Virus record (IMG/VR): IMGVR_UViG_3300028829_003504
Span: 62,001-126,000 of that record
Length of the DNA: 64,000 bases
Strand: one strand, 5' to 3'
Shown: in pieces, positions 1-9,411 of the stretch
Layout of the letters: each line of letters opens with the position of its first letter
Numbering within the stretch: position 1 is the stretch's first letter
Notes under the pieces: generated by a model
Told to the model about the DNA's origin: nothing
Databases searched by the model: none
The model's input: the letters and a program-made list of their open reading frames with translations, nothing else
Program-made: the position numbers and the translations under genes

Positions 1-2
1 AT

Positions 3-617
3 GTTAGCCACAATAGTTACGACTTCTGTATCTTTGTTTATGCTGCCCCACATCCCGAGACCTGGCCACAATACAGCCTGGGTATTACGTTTAACAAAAA
101 CATTATCTTTCTTATATCTTAGGATTTCAGAAAATACTGTTCTTATGTCACAATTAGATACCATCTCGCCAATGTGTCCCGACACGTCTACTCTATAAAC
201 ATTACGCACAAGCTTCCCGAAACTTAGGACAAGTTTCGTTCCTTCCGTAACAGTAGTAACCGAGTGAGGAATTATATCAGGCCTAAAGGTAATAGAATCG
301 AAGCCTAATAGTTTTCGTCGCTTGATATATGCGGCCTTATTCTTCTTATGTCCCCATAGTTGAAGGACACCTCCACGTAAGGCATTACGTAAGGTGACGT
401 CCGTTCTAAGATAATCATATCCTGCCCACCAGTGAGAATTATCTACGTGTTGGCATATCTTAGTGCCTTCTTGATACTTAATTAATTTAAGGTCACGCCT
501 GATTAACTTGCTTAGCCATTGAGGTATGAGCCACATGACTAAGTATGGAGTTAAGAAGCTTGCGTTTTGCTTGTGTTCAATCCACTTTAAGAACTTTCTA
601 TTTTTCCAGAGGTACAT
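3..617 (-). CDS. 2OG-Fe(II) dioxygenase, prolyl-4-hydroxylase-like (partial; runs off left edge; absent from ORF track)
   Basis: Translated by hand from ATG at 617 (MYLWKNRKF...) and open to the window edge. Contains LIKYQEG..HVD (HxD), GGVLQL and FRPDIIPHSVTTVTEGTKLVLSF (distal His plus G-x-K), the canonical DSBH 2OG-oxygenase motif order. Confidence 0.75.
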   Translation of the reverse strand, partial: MYLWKNRKFLKWIEHKQNASFLTPYLVMWLIPQWLSKLIRRDLKLIKYQEGTKICQHVDNSHWWAGYDYLRTDVTLRNALRGGVLQLWGHKKNKAAYIKRRKLLGFDSITFRPDIIPHSVTTVTEGTKLVLSFGKLVRNVYRVDVSGHIGEMVSNCDIRTVFSEILRYKKDNVFVKRNTQAVLWPGLGMWGSINKDTEVVTIVAN

Positions 618-1422
618 TACCTTCATCCTTACTAATATTGAAGTTTACATTAACAGATTTAACAGTTGCATTAGGCATTATATGCAAATCAACTATCGTT
701 TTAGGTGTTTGTATAGTAGCAGTGAAGCTCGCGTTTGTTCGGGCGTTATCTGTCCACATCTCCTCGTCAATCTCATACAAGAAACGACTCTTACCTTCTT
801 CACCTGTAGGGTTATAGTCTACTACACTAGGCTCCAAGTTAATGAAGCTACGTGCCTGAAGCTTATATCCAAATAACAAGTGATACCATTTAACATCTTT
901 AATGGTACTGCCTAGTACTCTACAAAGATATCTATTCCACATACCGCGTGCAGCACTAACGCCTTTCATTGTAGTCCATGTTTCTTGGTGTGCTGCTACT
1001 TTACTGTCAGTTAAAGATTTACATTGCACCATGGACTTCATCTGTTCTTCGAGGCTAGCGGACATGTCCTCTATCATATCGTCGTTAGTTGGCTTGTTGA
1101 TGTAAGCCGCAGTGACTTCCTCTACACTCTTTTGTACCATAGAGTTAAGGCGTCTTATAGCAGCGGCCTCTAGGTCATTATGATCGTTCTCGACTGATGT
1201 GGGACCCCAAATAGAAGGTTCTTCTTCTAAATCAATTTCATCGAGATTCCCCACTTTAGGATCATGATCAGTGGTCCATACTTTCCAAGTATCTCCTTCG
1301 ACGTGTATATAATCTAAGACCTTTTTAGGGCAATGTACGAAGCGGCCTAAGCCTTCAATGGTTAACTCCCTGCTAGGCTGGCAACCAACGATATCGCAAG
1401 GACATTCCATATCCACACTCAT
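598..1422 (-). CDS. hypothetical protein resembling the C-terminal domain of contractile tail sheath proteins
   Basis: IRRLNSMVQKSVEEVTAAYINKPTNDDM and IVDLHIMPNATVKSVNVNFNISKDEG parallel the T4 gp18-type C-terminal motifs (VRRL...N...; YI.P......I.LNF). Confidence 0.45.
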   Translation of the reverse strand: MSVDMECPCDIVGCQPSRELTIEGLGRFVHCPKKVLDYIHVEGDTWKVWTTDHDPKVGNLDEIDLEEEPSIWGPTSVENDHNDLEAAAIRRLNSMVQKSVEEVTAAYINKPTNDDMIEDMSASLEEQMKSMVQCKSLTDSKVAAHQETWTTMKGVSAARGMWNRYLCRVLGSTIKDVKWYHLLFGYKLQARSFINLEPSVVDYNPTGEEGKSRFLYEIDEEMWTDNARTNASFTATIQTPKTIVDLHIMPNATVKSVNVNFNISKDEGNVPLEK

Positions 1423-1961
1423 TAGTAGATACCTTTACTAGCCAGGACTTGGTTCATTTCCATTTTCATTTTCTCAACAGCCATTGCCATCATGTCTCCG
1501 AACATATTAGTAGCCATGGTATTTGCGTGCTTTTCAAACTTGGCCTGCATAGCATCACTAGTGGCTATTTCAAGTTCTTCTTTATTATCAACCCATAGAC
1601 GTTGAATACTACACTTCCAGTCGTCGCCTTCCAGAAGCTTGGTCATCATAGGCTGTATTTCTTCAATCATGGCAGACCACACCATGTTTCTGAAAGGAGA
1701 GACCGAGGTCTGTACGTCATATAAAGTATCATTGCCGTGGAATCTACCATTGTATCTGCTAATGGTAACCTTTTTAGTAGGTTCTTCAAAGAATGCTTTC
1801 CACTCTTTCTCCACAAGAGCTTGGAACTGTTCGTCAGGTAATAAGTCAATCATTGTACCTTTGACCATGTTGCCTACTTTTTCTTGTATAGCTTTTGGGT
1901 CAAAATTTGTCATAGCATTAGTGCTCATGTTATATCCTCTCTGATGGGTGGTGGTCTTCAA
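1422..1961 (-). CDS. hypothetical protein
   Basis: 179-aa ORF tightly packed in the minus-strand gene run; the true start may be the second Met. Confidence 0.7.
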   Translation of the reverse strand: MKTTTHQRGYNMSTNAMTNFDPKAIQEKVGNMVKGTMIDLLPDEQFQALVEKEWKAFFEEPTKKVTISRYNGRFHGNDTLYDVQTSVSPFRNMVWSAMIEEIQPMMTKLLEGDDWKCSIQRLWVDNKEELEIATSDAMQAKFEKHANTMATNMFGDMMAMAVEKMKMEMNQVLASKGIY

Positions 1962-2415
1962 AAATATGAGGGAACATAATATTTGCTTCCTCTTCTGTGA
2001 TTTGTTTTACAGTATGGCAATTACCTCTGTATATCAAGCATACTAAGTCCCCGTCTACCTCCATATTGGTCAAATGTGCTTTAACATGGAAGAAACCAAT
2101 CTCGTCATTGTGGAATAAGTAAAACATTTGCTTAATAGGAGTCCTGACGCCATCATTAGGCATAAGTATTTCATCGTGTTTGAAAACAAGGAACTCACCT
2201 AGTACTTCTGTTAATTGACTAGGCTCACTATGGATATCAAATTTACCCATCTTACTTATATCCTGAGCATCACCCACGAACTGAGCACGGCGTCCCTTAG
2301 CATACCTAACTACTCCATCCTCCACATAGCGCCTAAGTGAAGTTAGGCTAACTGACCTAGGTAGTTTGGACGCATCAAGAGTCGTAGCCATTATATACAT
2401 ACTCCAGCTTTCCAT
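1930..2415 (-). CDS. hypothetical protein
   Basis: ORF in the packed minus-strand run. Confidence 0.65.
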   Translation of the reverse strand: MESWSMYIMATTLDASKLPRSVSLTSLRRYVEDGVVRYAKGRRAQFVGDAQDISKMGKFDIHSEPSQLTEVLGEFLVFKHDEILMPNDGVRTPIKQMFYLFHNDEIGFFHVKAHLTNMEVDGDLVCLIYRGNCHTVKQITEEEANIMFPHIFEDHHPSERI

Positions 2416-2780
2416 GAGGAAATGTGACTAATAGCACTGTAAGGGTGAATCTTACTCCGCTTAAAACTGTTTGCTTCACGTACAGTGGATGCCACATAGA
2501 TCTTGAAAGCCTCGTTCGTCTCAGCATGTTTAATGCAGGCACCAGGAGAGCCTATTACTATACTAGCCTTCGGACTCTCCATAAACAATTGTAGTATAAG
2601 TGACATCATACTCTCCCACTTAGTACCCTTTAACTTCTTGGAATCCACTATACTGTTTATGTACTGTGTCTCTAAATGCCTGAACGTTGAAACGTAAATG
2701 GTAGTACCCGCATCTGACGGTACTGGGTTATCTGCCCCTAAGACTGATCGTTTAGGTAAGATAGTATGGATAGGTGTCAT
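2391..2780 (-). CDS. hypothetical protein
   Basis: ORF preceded by an AGGA RBS and the ACTGTAAATA motif. Confidence 0.65.
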   Translation of the reverse strand: MTPIHTILPKRSVLGADNPVPSDAGTTIYVSTFRHLETQYINSIVDSKKLKGTKWESMMSLILQLFMESPKASIVIGSPGACIKHAETNEAFKIYVASTVREANSFKRSKIHPYSAISHISSWKAGVCI

Positions 2781-2818
2781 GTTAATTCCTTGCGCGTAGA
2801 ATGGTAGTACATGTTGGG

Positions 2819-2828
2819 TATTTACAGT
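2819..2828 (-). promoter_or_regulatory. candidate phage promoter element ACTGTAAATA
   Basis: The identical 10-mer also occurs at 51439-51448 and 53866-53875, each upstream of a minus-strand gene. Here it lies just downstream of a terminator. Confidence 0.5.
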
Positions 2829-2847
2829 TTGAGCATTCCTCAGACGT

Positions 2848-2872
2848 AAAAAAGGGCGACCGAAGTCACCCT
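2848..2872 (-). terminator. Rho-independent terminator
   Basis: Minus strand reads AGGGTGAC-TTCG-GTCGCCC-TTTTTT: stem, UUCG tetraloop and U tract. Confidence 0.85.
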
Positions 2873-2877
2873 AAGAA

Positions 2878-3207
2878 TTACCTGTAGTTTGCAGGAACAA
2901 TCCATACGTCATACATGGATGTTGTCTTATCTATAACGGCATATGAATGGTTCATTATCTTATATCCACTAAGTACCAATTTCCTACTCCCCAGATTAAG
3001 GGTTATGTTCAATGCGTTTCTAGAGAGCCCTTCAATTATTGATTTTAGCTCGACCTCGATTAATCTAAATCGCAGGCGATACATACCTTTTATTCTCCCA
3101 TCAGGTTGATATTCCAGACTACTAAACAGGTCGTTAATGTTAGTGTTCTTGGAAGTCATTATAGGCCTATTGTTGCCCATTCTAATATTCACACTAGCCG
3201 TATTCAT
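2878..3207 (-). CDS. hypothetical protein
   Basis: 109-aa ORF with GGAG RBS, ending just before the terminator. Confidence 0.65.
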   Translation of the reverse strand: MNTASVNIRMGNNRPIMTSKNTNINDLFSSLEYQPDGRIKGMYRLRFRLIEVELKSIIEGLSRNALNITLNLGSRKLVLSGYKIMNHSYAVIDKTTSMYDVWIVPANYR

Positions 3208-4463
3208 TAAAACTCCTCTAATAAGGCTAGTGCCGTATTCTCCTCCAATCTTGATCTGCTACTAATTAAAGAAGTAACAGGTATCATTGTGAATATATTG
3301 AAGTGATTACTTAACATGCCTGCGGTTTCCATATCCAAAGTCTTATCATCAAAGAACATATACTCCATGTGGGGACAATCAGGACTTCGGTATGGGTACT
3401 TACCATAAAACAGAGAGCGTGTGTCGGTCTCTCCATACAAGCTGTAGACAAAAGGCTTAATGTTATCTGAGTCATTCACAAACCAGAACGTTAGCAGAGG
3501 TACACACGTAGCCATCATATCTATCAACATCTGTTTTAAATTATCAGGAATCATGTGATGAATCCTTTTCCAGTCAGATTTATTTCGAACTATTTGCGTT
3601 TTGATTTTAGGGTCTGTACCAGGCAATACAAAGAACAGAGGTATCTCAGGCATTACACGTTGCTTAATGGCAACTGATTTACTTTTGCTAAATGCCATTA
3701 ATTCCCGAGTAGCTTTAGCCCTAGCAGTATCTTCAGGCAGTTCATAATCGTCGGCGACTTGTTCGCAGTTAAGGTTAGCGTAGACAAAGTATGCGTCTAT
3801 AGTACTCGATGCACGTTCAATGTCCTCGGCTTCGATAAGGGCAATTACTATGGCATTCTCTTTCTCGGCAAAAGGATTCCAATGATCATCATCATCTTCC
3901 GCTTTACTGCTATAGTCTTCGTTTTCCTCATAACCAACTACTTGCCAATTGAAGCTAACGTCACCTCGTTGACTAAACAATACATCTTGGAAGCTAAGAC
4001 AGGTGAATCTAAATAGAAACTTCGACACAGTATTATTCTTTATGATTAAGTTACCCTTAAGTCTTTCGAAATCAATACCAGCATGTGACAATTGGTCTGA
4101 TATCTCACATATCCTAGTCATTAGGCATTCGGAGAACGTTGATTGCTTCGATAGAACCTTATTGTGTTGGTGGTTTTCTATGTAGGCTTTAATGGCATCA
4201 AGTGTCTCTTGGTCCATAAGTTCACACATAAACGCATCACGAATCTCCAGAAGTAAACTACTTGAGTACACCGACATTACCCTATCATAGCAACCTTGCA
4301 GCAAAAGTTGTATTTCAAGCGAGTGTATCTGGCCAAGCAACGTAGTAAACTTGTCACTAACACCAAATTCTACGGTGTTATTTGGCACATCGTATAAAGG
4401 TTTAGGGAAGTCGCCCTTAACTGTTACGCGTAGTTCGTCTAACCATAAGTTTATATTTTTCAT
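3207..4463 (-). CDS. hypothetical protein
   Basis: 418-aa ORF with stop/start overlap. Confidence 0.8.
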   Translation of the reverse strand: MKNINLWLDELRVTVKGDFPKPLYDVPNNTVEFGVSDKFTTLLGQIHSLEIQLLLQGCYDRVMSVYSSSLLLEIRDAFMCELMDQETLDAIKAYIENHQHNKVLSKQSTFSECLMTRICEISDQLSHAGIDFERLKGNLIIKNNTVSKFLFRFTCLSFQDVLFSQRGDVSFNWQVVGYEENEDYSSKAEDDDDHWNPFAEKENAIVIALIEAEDIERASSTIDAYFVYANLNCEQVADDYELPEDTARAKATRELMAFSKSKSVAIKQRVMPEIPLFFVLPGTDPKIKTQIVRNKSDWKRIHHMIPDNLKQMLIDMMATCVPLLTFWFVNDSDNIKPFVYSLYGETDTRSLFYGKYPYRSPDCPHMEYMFFDDKTLDMETAGMLSNHFNIFTMIPVTSLISSRSRLEENTALALLEEF

Positions 4464-4941
4464 TACTCAATCTCCGTAGGGGCGGTCCTTGTCGTTTAAG
4501 ACTAGGTACTGTTGGTCTTCTATCTAAAGTTGCGATTACTGCTTTAGCTCTAGCTAGATACTGCTTACTGTGGTAGTCAGGGAAATACTTCTTAACCGTA
4601 TTTGATAACTTACCTAATACCTTACCTGTCTCCACTTCAAATGGAAATACCATAACAACTGCATGACCACCATAGTCTAGGTAACTGTGTACTTTGGTTA
4701 GCTTTACCATCCTAACCTTCTGACTCTTATCAGAAAGTAGGATAAATAAATTAGACAAAGATTGAGGAGCACCATCGTACCCAGCCTGTAATTTAAAATC
4801 GTGTACAACGGAGTCAGGAGACATTTGCATAATGTCTCGATCCGCCAACCTAATCTTTATACTTTTCTTATCGTCTGATAATACCAAATCACGTAAAGGG
4901 AACATTAAATTAGTTCCTAGCATCATTATACTATCTGTCAT
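4417..4941 (-). CDS. hypothetical protein
   Basis: 174-aa ORF in the operon. Confidence 0.7.
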   Translation of the reverse strand: MTDSIMMLGTNLMFPLRDLVLSDDKKSIKIRLADRDIMQMSPDSVVHDFKLQAGYDGAPQSLSNLFILLSDKSQKVRMVKLTKVHSYLDYGGHAVVMVFPFEVETGKVLGKLSNTVKKYFPDYHSKQYLARAKAVIATLDRRPTVPSLKRQGPPLRRLSNEKYKLMVRRTTRNS

Positions 4942-4952
4942 AGTACGAGACC

Positions 4953-5450
4953 TTACTTAAATGCGATTGCACGAGGCACGTAGACCCAACCGTCTATTTC
5001 GGATTCACGTTTATGCTCAATTTTATTACCTATCTGTACCGCATACATACGAGTAGTATCTGAGTAGGTGGCTTTATGGTAGTCGCCATTAATCCAAACG
5101 GCTATAGGTATGTGCATACATTCATCAGGAGGACTTCCTTTAGAGCATCGGTTAAGTACTACGGAAAATTGATAAGGAAGTACGTCTTCACCTTCTGATA
5201 TCTTAACCTCAGCTCTCCACAGGTATGGGCGAAGAAGTCTATTAAGTGCTTCTATATCTATACCTGTAAACAGATTCAAATGGTTAACATTAGAATGGAA
5301 TACTATATGTAAGGAATCACCATCCTTAACCGCTTTGTGGTTGCGTCGTTCCTCTCCTTCCCAATCCATACCGTTAATAGCTCGTTCAATTAGATCGTAC
5401 GCTGCTCCTACTAGATGTGGCCCACCTATAATTCTATCAAATGGCCTCAT
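4953..5450 (-). CDS. hypothetical protein
   Basis: 165-aa ORF with ATGA overlap. Confidence 0.7.
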   Translation of the reverse strand: MRPFDRIIGGPHLVGAAYDLIERAINGMDWEGEERRNHKAVKDGDSLHIVFHSNVNHLNLFTGIDIEALNRLLRPYLWRAEVKISEGEDVLPYQFSVVLNRCSKGSPPDECMHIPIAVWINGDYHKATYSDTTRMYAVQIGNKIEHKRESEIDGWVYVPRAIAFK

Positions 5451-6151
5451 ACCAATTCCTTATTATCCGGTTTAGTTTTGTCAATATCTTTCTGACGGCA
5501 TTCTTCACGGTTTTCATGGTCTACCTGGTAAGCGAATAATTCAGGCAGGATGAGATTATCTTTACGGTCGTACACGTTACAGCCTAAGTCTCTCATGTCA
5601 AGACGGATTCTAAAGTTCACGTACTTTTGGTTAAAACCCGGGCTACCTGTCCACTGCCACTGACTTAAGCAACTAGCAGCAAGCGTAGGCAGTACATCTT
5701 TAAAGAAGGAACTCCATCTATTGTTTTCTTCGCTGTCCTTAATTTTAGCCAAGTACTCGTTATTAGGTACTTTCCGACTACAATCAATACGTCCTACCGC
5801 AGCTTGGATAATTAGTGCTTGGCGTTTAACGACCTCGCTATGTCCGAGCTTTGATAAAGCGTTATCTGGATCATGGGAATACTCTTTAACCTGCGCTTTA
5901 GTTTTAGTAGGACAAGTGCCTTCCATATCAACTTTAGCTACAGGGTGGTATTGTTCGTCATGTACTACCCATTCTTCAATGTCGTCACACCACGCAGGCT
6001 CAGTACGATACTGATTAATAGTACCATCAGAGTCGGTAGCTAACCACCAACCGTCTAAGGCAAGTAGTGTCATACCGAAATACATTGTGCCTACGATTTT
6101 AGTTATGTTCTCAGGTTGTTCCTTTAATAGTTTCAAGTCTTTGTTCTCCAT
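5447..6151 (-). CDS. hypothetical phage protein (A.D.DG...Y...P...W domain)
   Basis: WWLATDSDGTINQYRTEPAWCDDIEEW resembles a segment of ORF 6922..7428. Confidence 0.75.
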   Translation of the reverse strand: MENKDLKLLKEQPENITKIVGTMYFGMTLLALDGWWLATDSDGTINQYRTEPAWCDDIEEWVVHDEQYHPVAKVDMEGTCPTKTKAQVKEYSHDPDNALSKLGHSEVVKRQALIIQAAVGRIDCSRKVPNNEYLAKIKDSEENNRWSSFFKDVLPTLAASCLSQWQWTGSPGFNQKYVNFRIRLDMRDLGCNVYDRKDNLILPELFAYQVDHENREECRQKDIDKTKPDNKELV

Positions 6152-6360
6152 TATCCATGTGTCTTTTGATTCAAGTATATAGCGCGAGCATGTGCTCTAT
6201 CCCAAATTCCTCTGTACCGATTATAAGGCCTAGGTACAGGACTGACACGCCAGTAGCGGTCAATGAAAACGATATGAGGTTTAGTGGCCTTAATGGCTCT
6301 GATACTTTGATTACCTTGATACTTTTTCATATTTAATCCTTTAAGGCTTCTACAATCCAC
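6151..6360 (-). CDS. small basic hypothetical protein
   Basis: Fills the gap between neighbouring genes; likely starts at MKKYQ (about 6330) after an AAGGA RBS. Confidence 0.55.
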   Translation of the reverse strand: MDCRSLKGLNMKKYQGNQSIRAIKATKPHIVFIDRYWRVSPVPRPYNRYRGIWDRAHARAIYLNQKTHG

Positions 6361-6824
6361 AGACCTACCATAGGTTCTTTCAGCTTAACTCTAATGCAGT
6401 TCTCACTGCTAATATTAACATGGCTAGTTTGAACTTCCCTTCTATAATCATCTAAGAGTCTAAGTTTTACTTGGCGGGTTCTAAGTACGTGGTGTATCTT
6501 GATATGTGTCTTACCTTCAGGTATTCTACCACTATCGTAGCCAGAACGTTCTTTAAAACTAGAAAGTTCTTTACGTTCTTTTTCGAACTCCGAGTCAAGC
6601 AGGTCGATTGCCTCTTGACTGATTTGGTATTTAGACGCTTCAACCGCAAGGCCTTTCCACTTTTCCACCTGTTGACTCAAGTACATAATACGGTCGCGCG
6701 TGGCTGTACAAACAGCTTCGTGGTTTAAATCATTGCGCATAAGCATACGAGCCATGTCCGCTATCTCGATGTCGCTCTTGTACCCGTAAGCTATTGTTTC
6801 TCTTGTTTCTTTGTCGCCTGTCAT
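6333..6824 (-). CDS. hypothetical protein
   Basis: 163-aa ORF with AGGA RBS. Confidence 0.7.
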   Translation of the reverse strand: MTGDKETRETIAYGYKSDIEIADMARMLMRNDLNHEAVCTATRDRIMYLSQQVEKWKGLAVEASKYQISQEAIDLLDSEFEKERKELSSFKERSGYDSGRIPEGKTHIKIHHVLRTRQVKLRLLDDYRREVQTSHVNISSENCIRVKLKEPMVGLWIVEALKD

Positions 6825-6921
6825 GATACTTCCTAAATATTGTATTCGTTAAATTACTTTGCTTTTATACAGGTGAGTTCAATCACACCCTGTACTACAC
6901 CAGAACCAAAAATCAGTTCCC

Positions 6922-7428
6922 TTAATAAAAGACATACACATGGGAATATAGAGTATTACTTTTAACTTTACGGTAATCACAGTCTCTAACCTCGGCTTCT
7001 TGCTTAACAGCTTTAGTGGCAGCGTATTCTGTAATACTATCGAGAGTGAAGTGTTGGTTGTCCGAGGCATCTTTAAGAATGAGGTATCTAATCTCCCTAT
7101 CGGTTAAAGTGTGGCACGAACTCTCAAGCTTATCGGCCTTGACTATAACGGATTTATATGTATCGGGGTCCACGTAGGTATTATCTATAAGTACGGCAAC
7201 ACATGTCGCTCTCTTGGGTAACCATCTACTTAATCTCGTATCGAATCGTGGGTGCTGGGAAAACATGTGGATGTCACCTGACTTGTCAAGCGCAGCGTAC
7301 CACCCAGGTATTACATTAACCATAATGCCGTCAAGAGTCAGACTCTTTGAGTCTACTACAGTGTTGAACTTAAAGCCATCTTCAATTGCCTTAGTTGCAT
7401 CATACTGTTTCGGTTTCTTAGTAACCAT
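6922..7428 (-). CDS. hypothetical phage protein
   Basis: AAGGAG RBS; WYAALDKSGDIHMFSQHP...W motif shared with 5447..6151. Confidence 0.75.
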   Translation of the reverse strand: MVTKKPKQYDATKAIEDGFKFNTVVDSKSLTLDGIMVNVIPGWYAALDKSGDIHMFSQHPRFDTRLSRWLPKRATCVAVLIDNTYVDPDTYKSVIVKADKLESSCHTLTDREIRYLILKDASDNQHFTLDSITEYAATKAVKQEAEVRDCDYRKVKSNTLYSHVYVFY

Positions 7429-7480
7429 TATAGCTCCTTAATTTCGTAACATAAGTTACAGTGTATTGTCTTAGTCTAGT

Positions 7481-8053
7481 TTACATTTTAGGTAACTGCA
7501 TCTTGTTCTGTATGATATGCCAGTTATCACATACATTGGTATAACCTAGCCAGTAGTCAGGAGCATACGTGAAATACCTATTGCCTTCATACCTAACATA
7601 GACAATCTGCGTATTAAAGCAAACGTAGTAATCGGTGAAGTTTCTAACTTGACCTGTATAAAGGACGTCATCGAACATACTAGGCATTCTGTATTCAATA
7701 ACAATCTCAGGCTCTACTGTTAGGACTTGGTGTAACTTAGTTACTGTGTTCTCAAGCTTTAACGGTAAATTGGTTACATATAGTAGCCAAGTCACTAAAC
7801 TTACTGACAGTGTACCCAGCAGGCAACGAGAAAAGAATATCCTTCGCTCATACTCGGTATAGGCGTCCCACCAAGCAATAATCTTAGCGCGTTTGTCGTA
7901 AGCCAGATGACTAATAAGACCGAACATGAAGAAGCCAGATCCTAATAGCAGCTTATATAATTTCTCCCAATCAGGTAGTAATAAATCGGCCGCTCCTATT
8001 ACTGCTACGGTGACTGCGACTAAGGCTAAATATACCTTATTCAATTTATTCAT
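7481..8053 (-). CDS. membrane protein
   Basis: About three hydrophobic segments (VYLALVAVTVAVIGAA; LLLGSGFFMFGLI; CLLGTLSVSLVTWLLYV). Confidence 0.7.
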   Translation of the reverse strand: MNKLNKVYLALVAVTVAVIGAADLLLPDWEKLYKLLLGSGFFMFGLISHLAYDKRAKIIAWWDAYTEYERRIFFSRCLLGTLSVSLVTWLLYVTNLPLKLENTVTKLHQVLTVEPEIVIEYRMPSMFDDVLYTGQVRNFTDYYVCFNTQIVYVRYEGNRYFTYAPDYWLGYTNVCDNWHIIQNKMQLPKM

Positions 8054-8492
8054 GAGTTACTCCAGGTGAACCCATCAATGCAACAGGTCTAATCAATGTA
8101 GGGTCGGCGTTACATACTGCCCCTACTGTTTTCAATGAATAGGCATAAGAAGTACGAGCTTCATCTGATAGTTCTCTATGGAATACACCCATACGTGATC
8201 TGCCGCGTATGTGATTTAATTTAGGCTCGGACATATTACCTGTTACAAGAAGACCACATTCCAACTTACACCAGAAATCTCTACGACAACCTATCAAGGC
8301 TATCTGAATCGGAGAATTCTTATGCAAGCCATAGTAGTCGCCGATTGTTTTCTTTTCAGGCTTCATGGCGTTATTAACAAACAGTGCATAAAAGATACCT
8401 GCTGCAATGTGGGAGTTACTATGTGTTGCTTCATCCAATAGCTCTTGCGTGGATAACTTAAGTGAGTTCTGCGGATCATCTGCGATAACCAT
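8046..8492 (-). CDS. hypothetical protein
   Basis: 148-aa ORF overlapping its neighbours. Confidence 0.65.
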   Translation of the reverse strand: MVIADDPQNSLKLSTQELLDEATHSNSHIAAGIFYALFVNNAMKPEKKTIGDYYGLHKNSPIQIALIGCRRDFWCKLECGLLVTGNMSEPKLNHIRGRSRMGVFHRELSDEARTSYAYSLKTVGAVCNADPTLIRPVALMGSPGVTHE

Positions 8493-8923
8493 TAACAGTG
8501 TTCCTCAAAGTCATCGCCTGGTGTAGGTCCAGGTGGTATTACGTAATCACAAAGCTTACCTTCGTAATGAGTAGTCTCGCCAGCAGAACTCATTACTTTA
8601 ATATCGTACAGTTGATTGAGAGGAGTACCATTTGGACAAGAATCGTGATAAGGAGTGCAGGTTAGTTCTACGTCATAGATGTAGCTGCTATCAGGAGTGT
8701 GATCGATAGACACAATCTTCATTCTGCTTGTACCTTCGTACAGGTGGTGCATAAGCAACGGAGCCACTTTACAAGGACTCGGTGCCATGTCCACAGGACG
8801 TTTAAGTATTTCCTGCAACTTAGGTAAAAGGGCTTCAAGATGGCAGTTGCTGTGCATGTAGAATTTACACGCTACTGTTTTGCCACCGATGTATTTAACT
8901 GTTATTATTGCGTTTGTGGACAT
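8492..8923 (-). CDS. hypothetical protein
   Basis: 143-aa ORF with AGGA RBS. Confidence 0.7.
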   Translation of the reverse strand: MSTNAIITVKYIGGKTVACKFYMHSNCHLEALLPKLQEILKRPVDMAPSPCKVAPLLMHHLYEGTSRMKIVSIDHTPDSSYIYDVELTCTPYHDSCPNGTPLNQLYDIKVMSSAGETTHYEGKLCDYVIPPGPTPGDDFEEHC

Positions 8924-9411
8924 TTTTTAATTCCTTGGTTTGGGTCAATAGGTTTAAGTGCGGTATTCATTATACCTTGAAAGTCATAATCTACACCTTC
9001 CTTTTTACGTACTTGGAAATCCTCAAGGGATTCTAGTTTGTTAAGTTTGAATATAGAACCACTAGGCATTACCCGTCGTATGTAGGTCTTTTCAAATACA
9101 TTAACTGATTTGAAGTTTAGGGGCTGCCTAGGTTCATTGGCCTTAATATAGTCTAGTGCAAAAGTAAATAGCTCATGGCCGTAGTCGTCTTCTCTAAGTT
9201 CACGCCCTACAATCATACAGCCCTTTATAGGACCTATGTCGAATTTACATTCATGTATATTAGAGGAACTGAGCTTGTCAAATATTTCTTGTAGCCGTAC
9301 CTGCAATGAGCTAAATAGAGTTACTTTAAGTAAAAATTCGGTGTCGTTATCAGTATTAACAAAGGATTCTTCAAGTATAGTACTTATCTGCTTAGGAGTT
9401 AATAAGGCCAT
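8905..9411 (-). CDS. hypothetical protein
   Basis: 168-aa ORF with TAATG overlap. Confidence 0.7.
   Translation of the reverse strand: MALLTPKQISTILEESFVNTDNDTEFLLKVTLFSSLQVRLQEIFDKLSSSNIHECKFDIGPIKGCMIVGRELREDDYGHELFTFALDYIKANEPRQPLNFKSVNVFEKTYIRRVMPSGSIFKLNKLESLEDFQVRKKEGVDYDFQGIMNTALKPIDPNQGIKKCPQTQ

Noticed and set aside
1-876. Plus-strand ORFs 1..198, 526..876 and 545..817
   Set aside because: Antisense shadows of the minus-strand oxygenase and 598..1422 genes, with no motifs.
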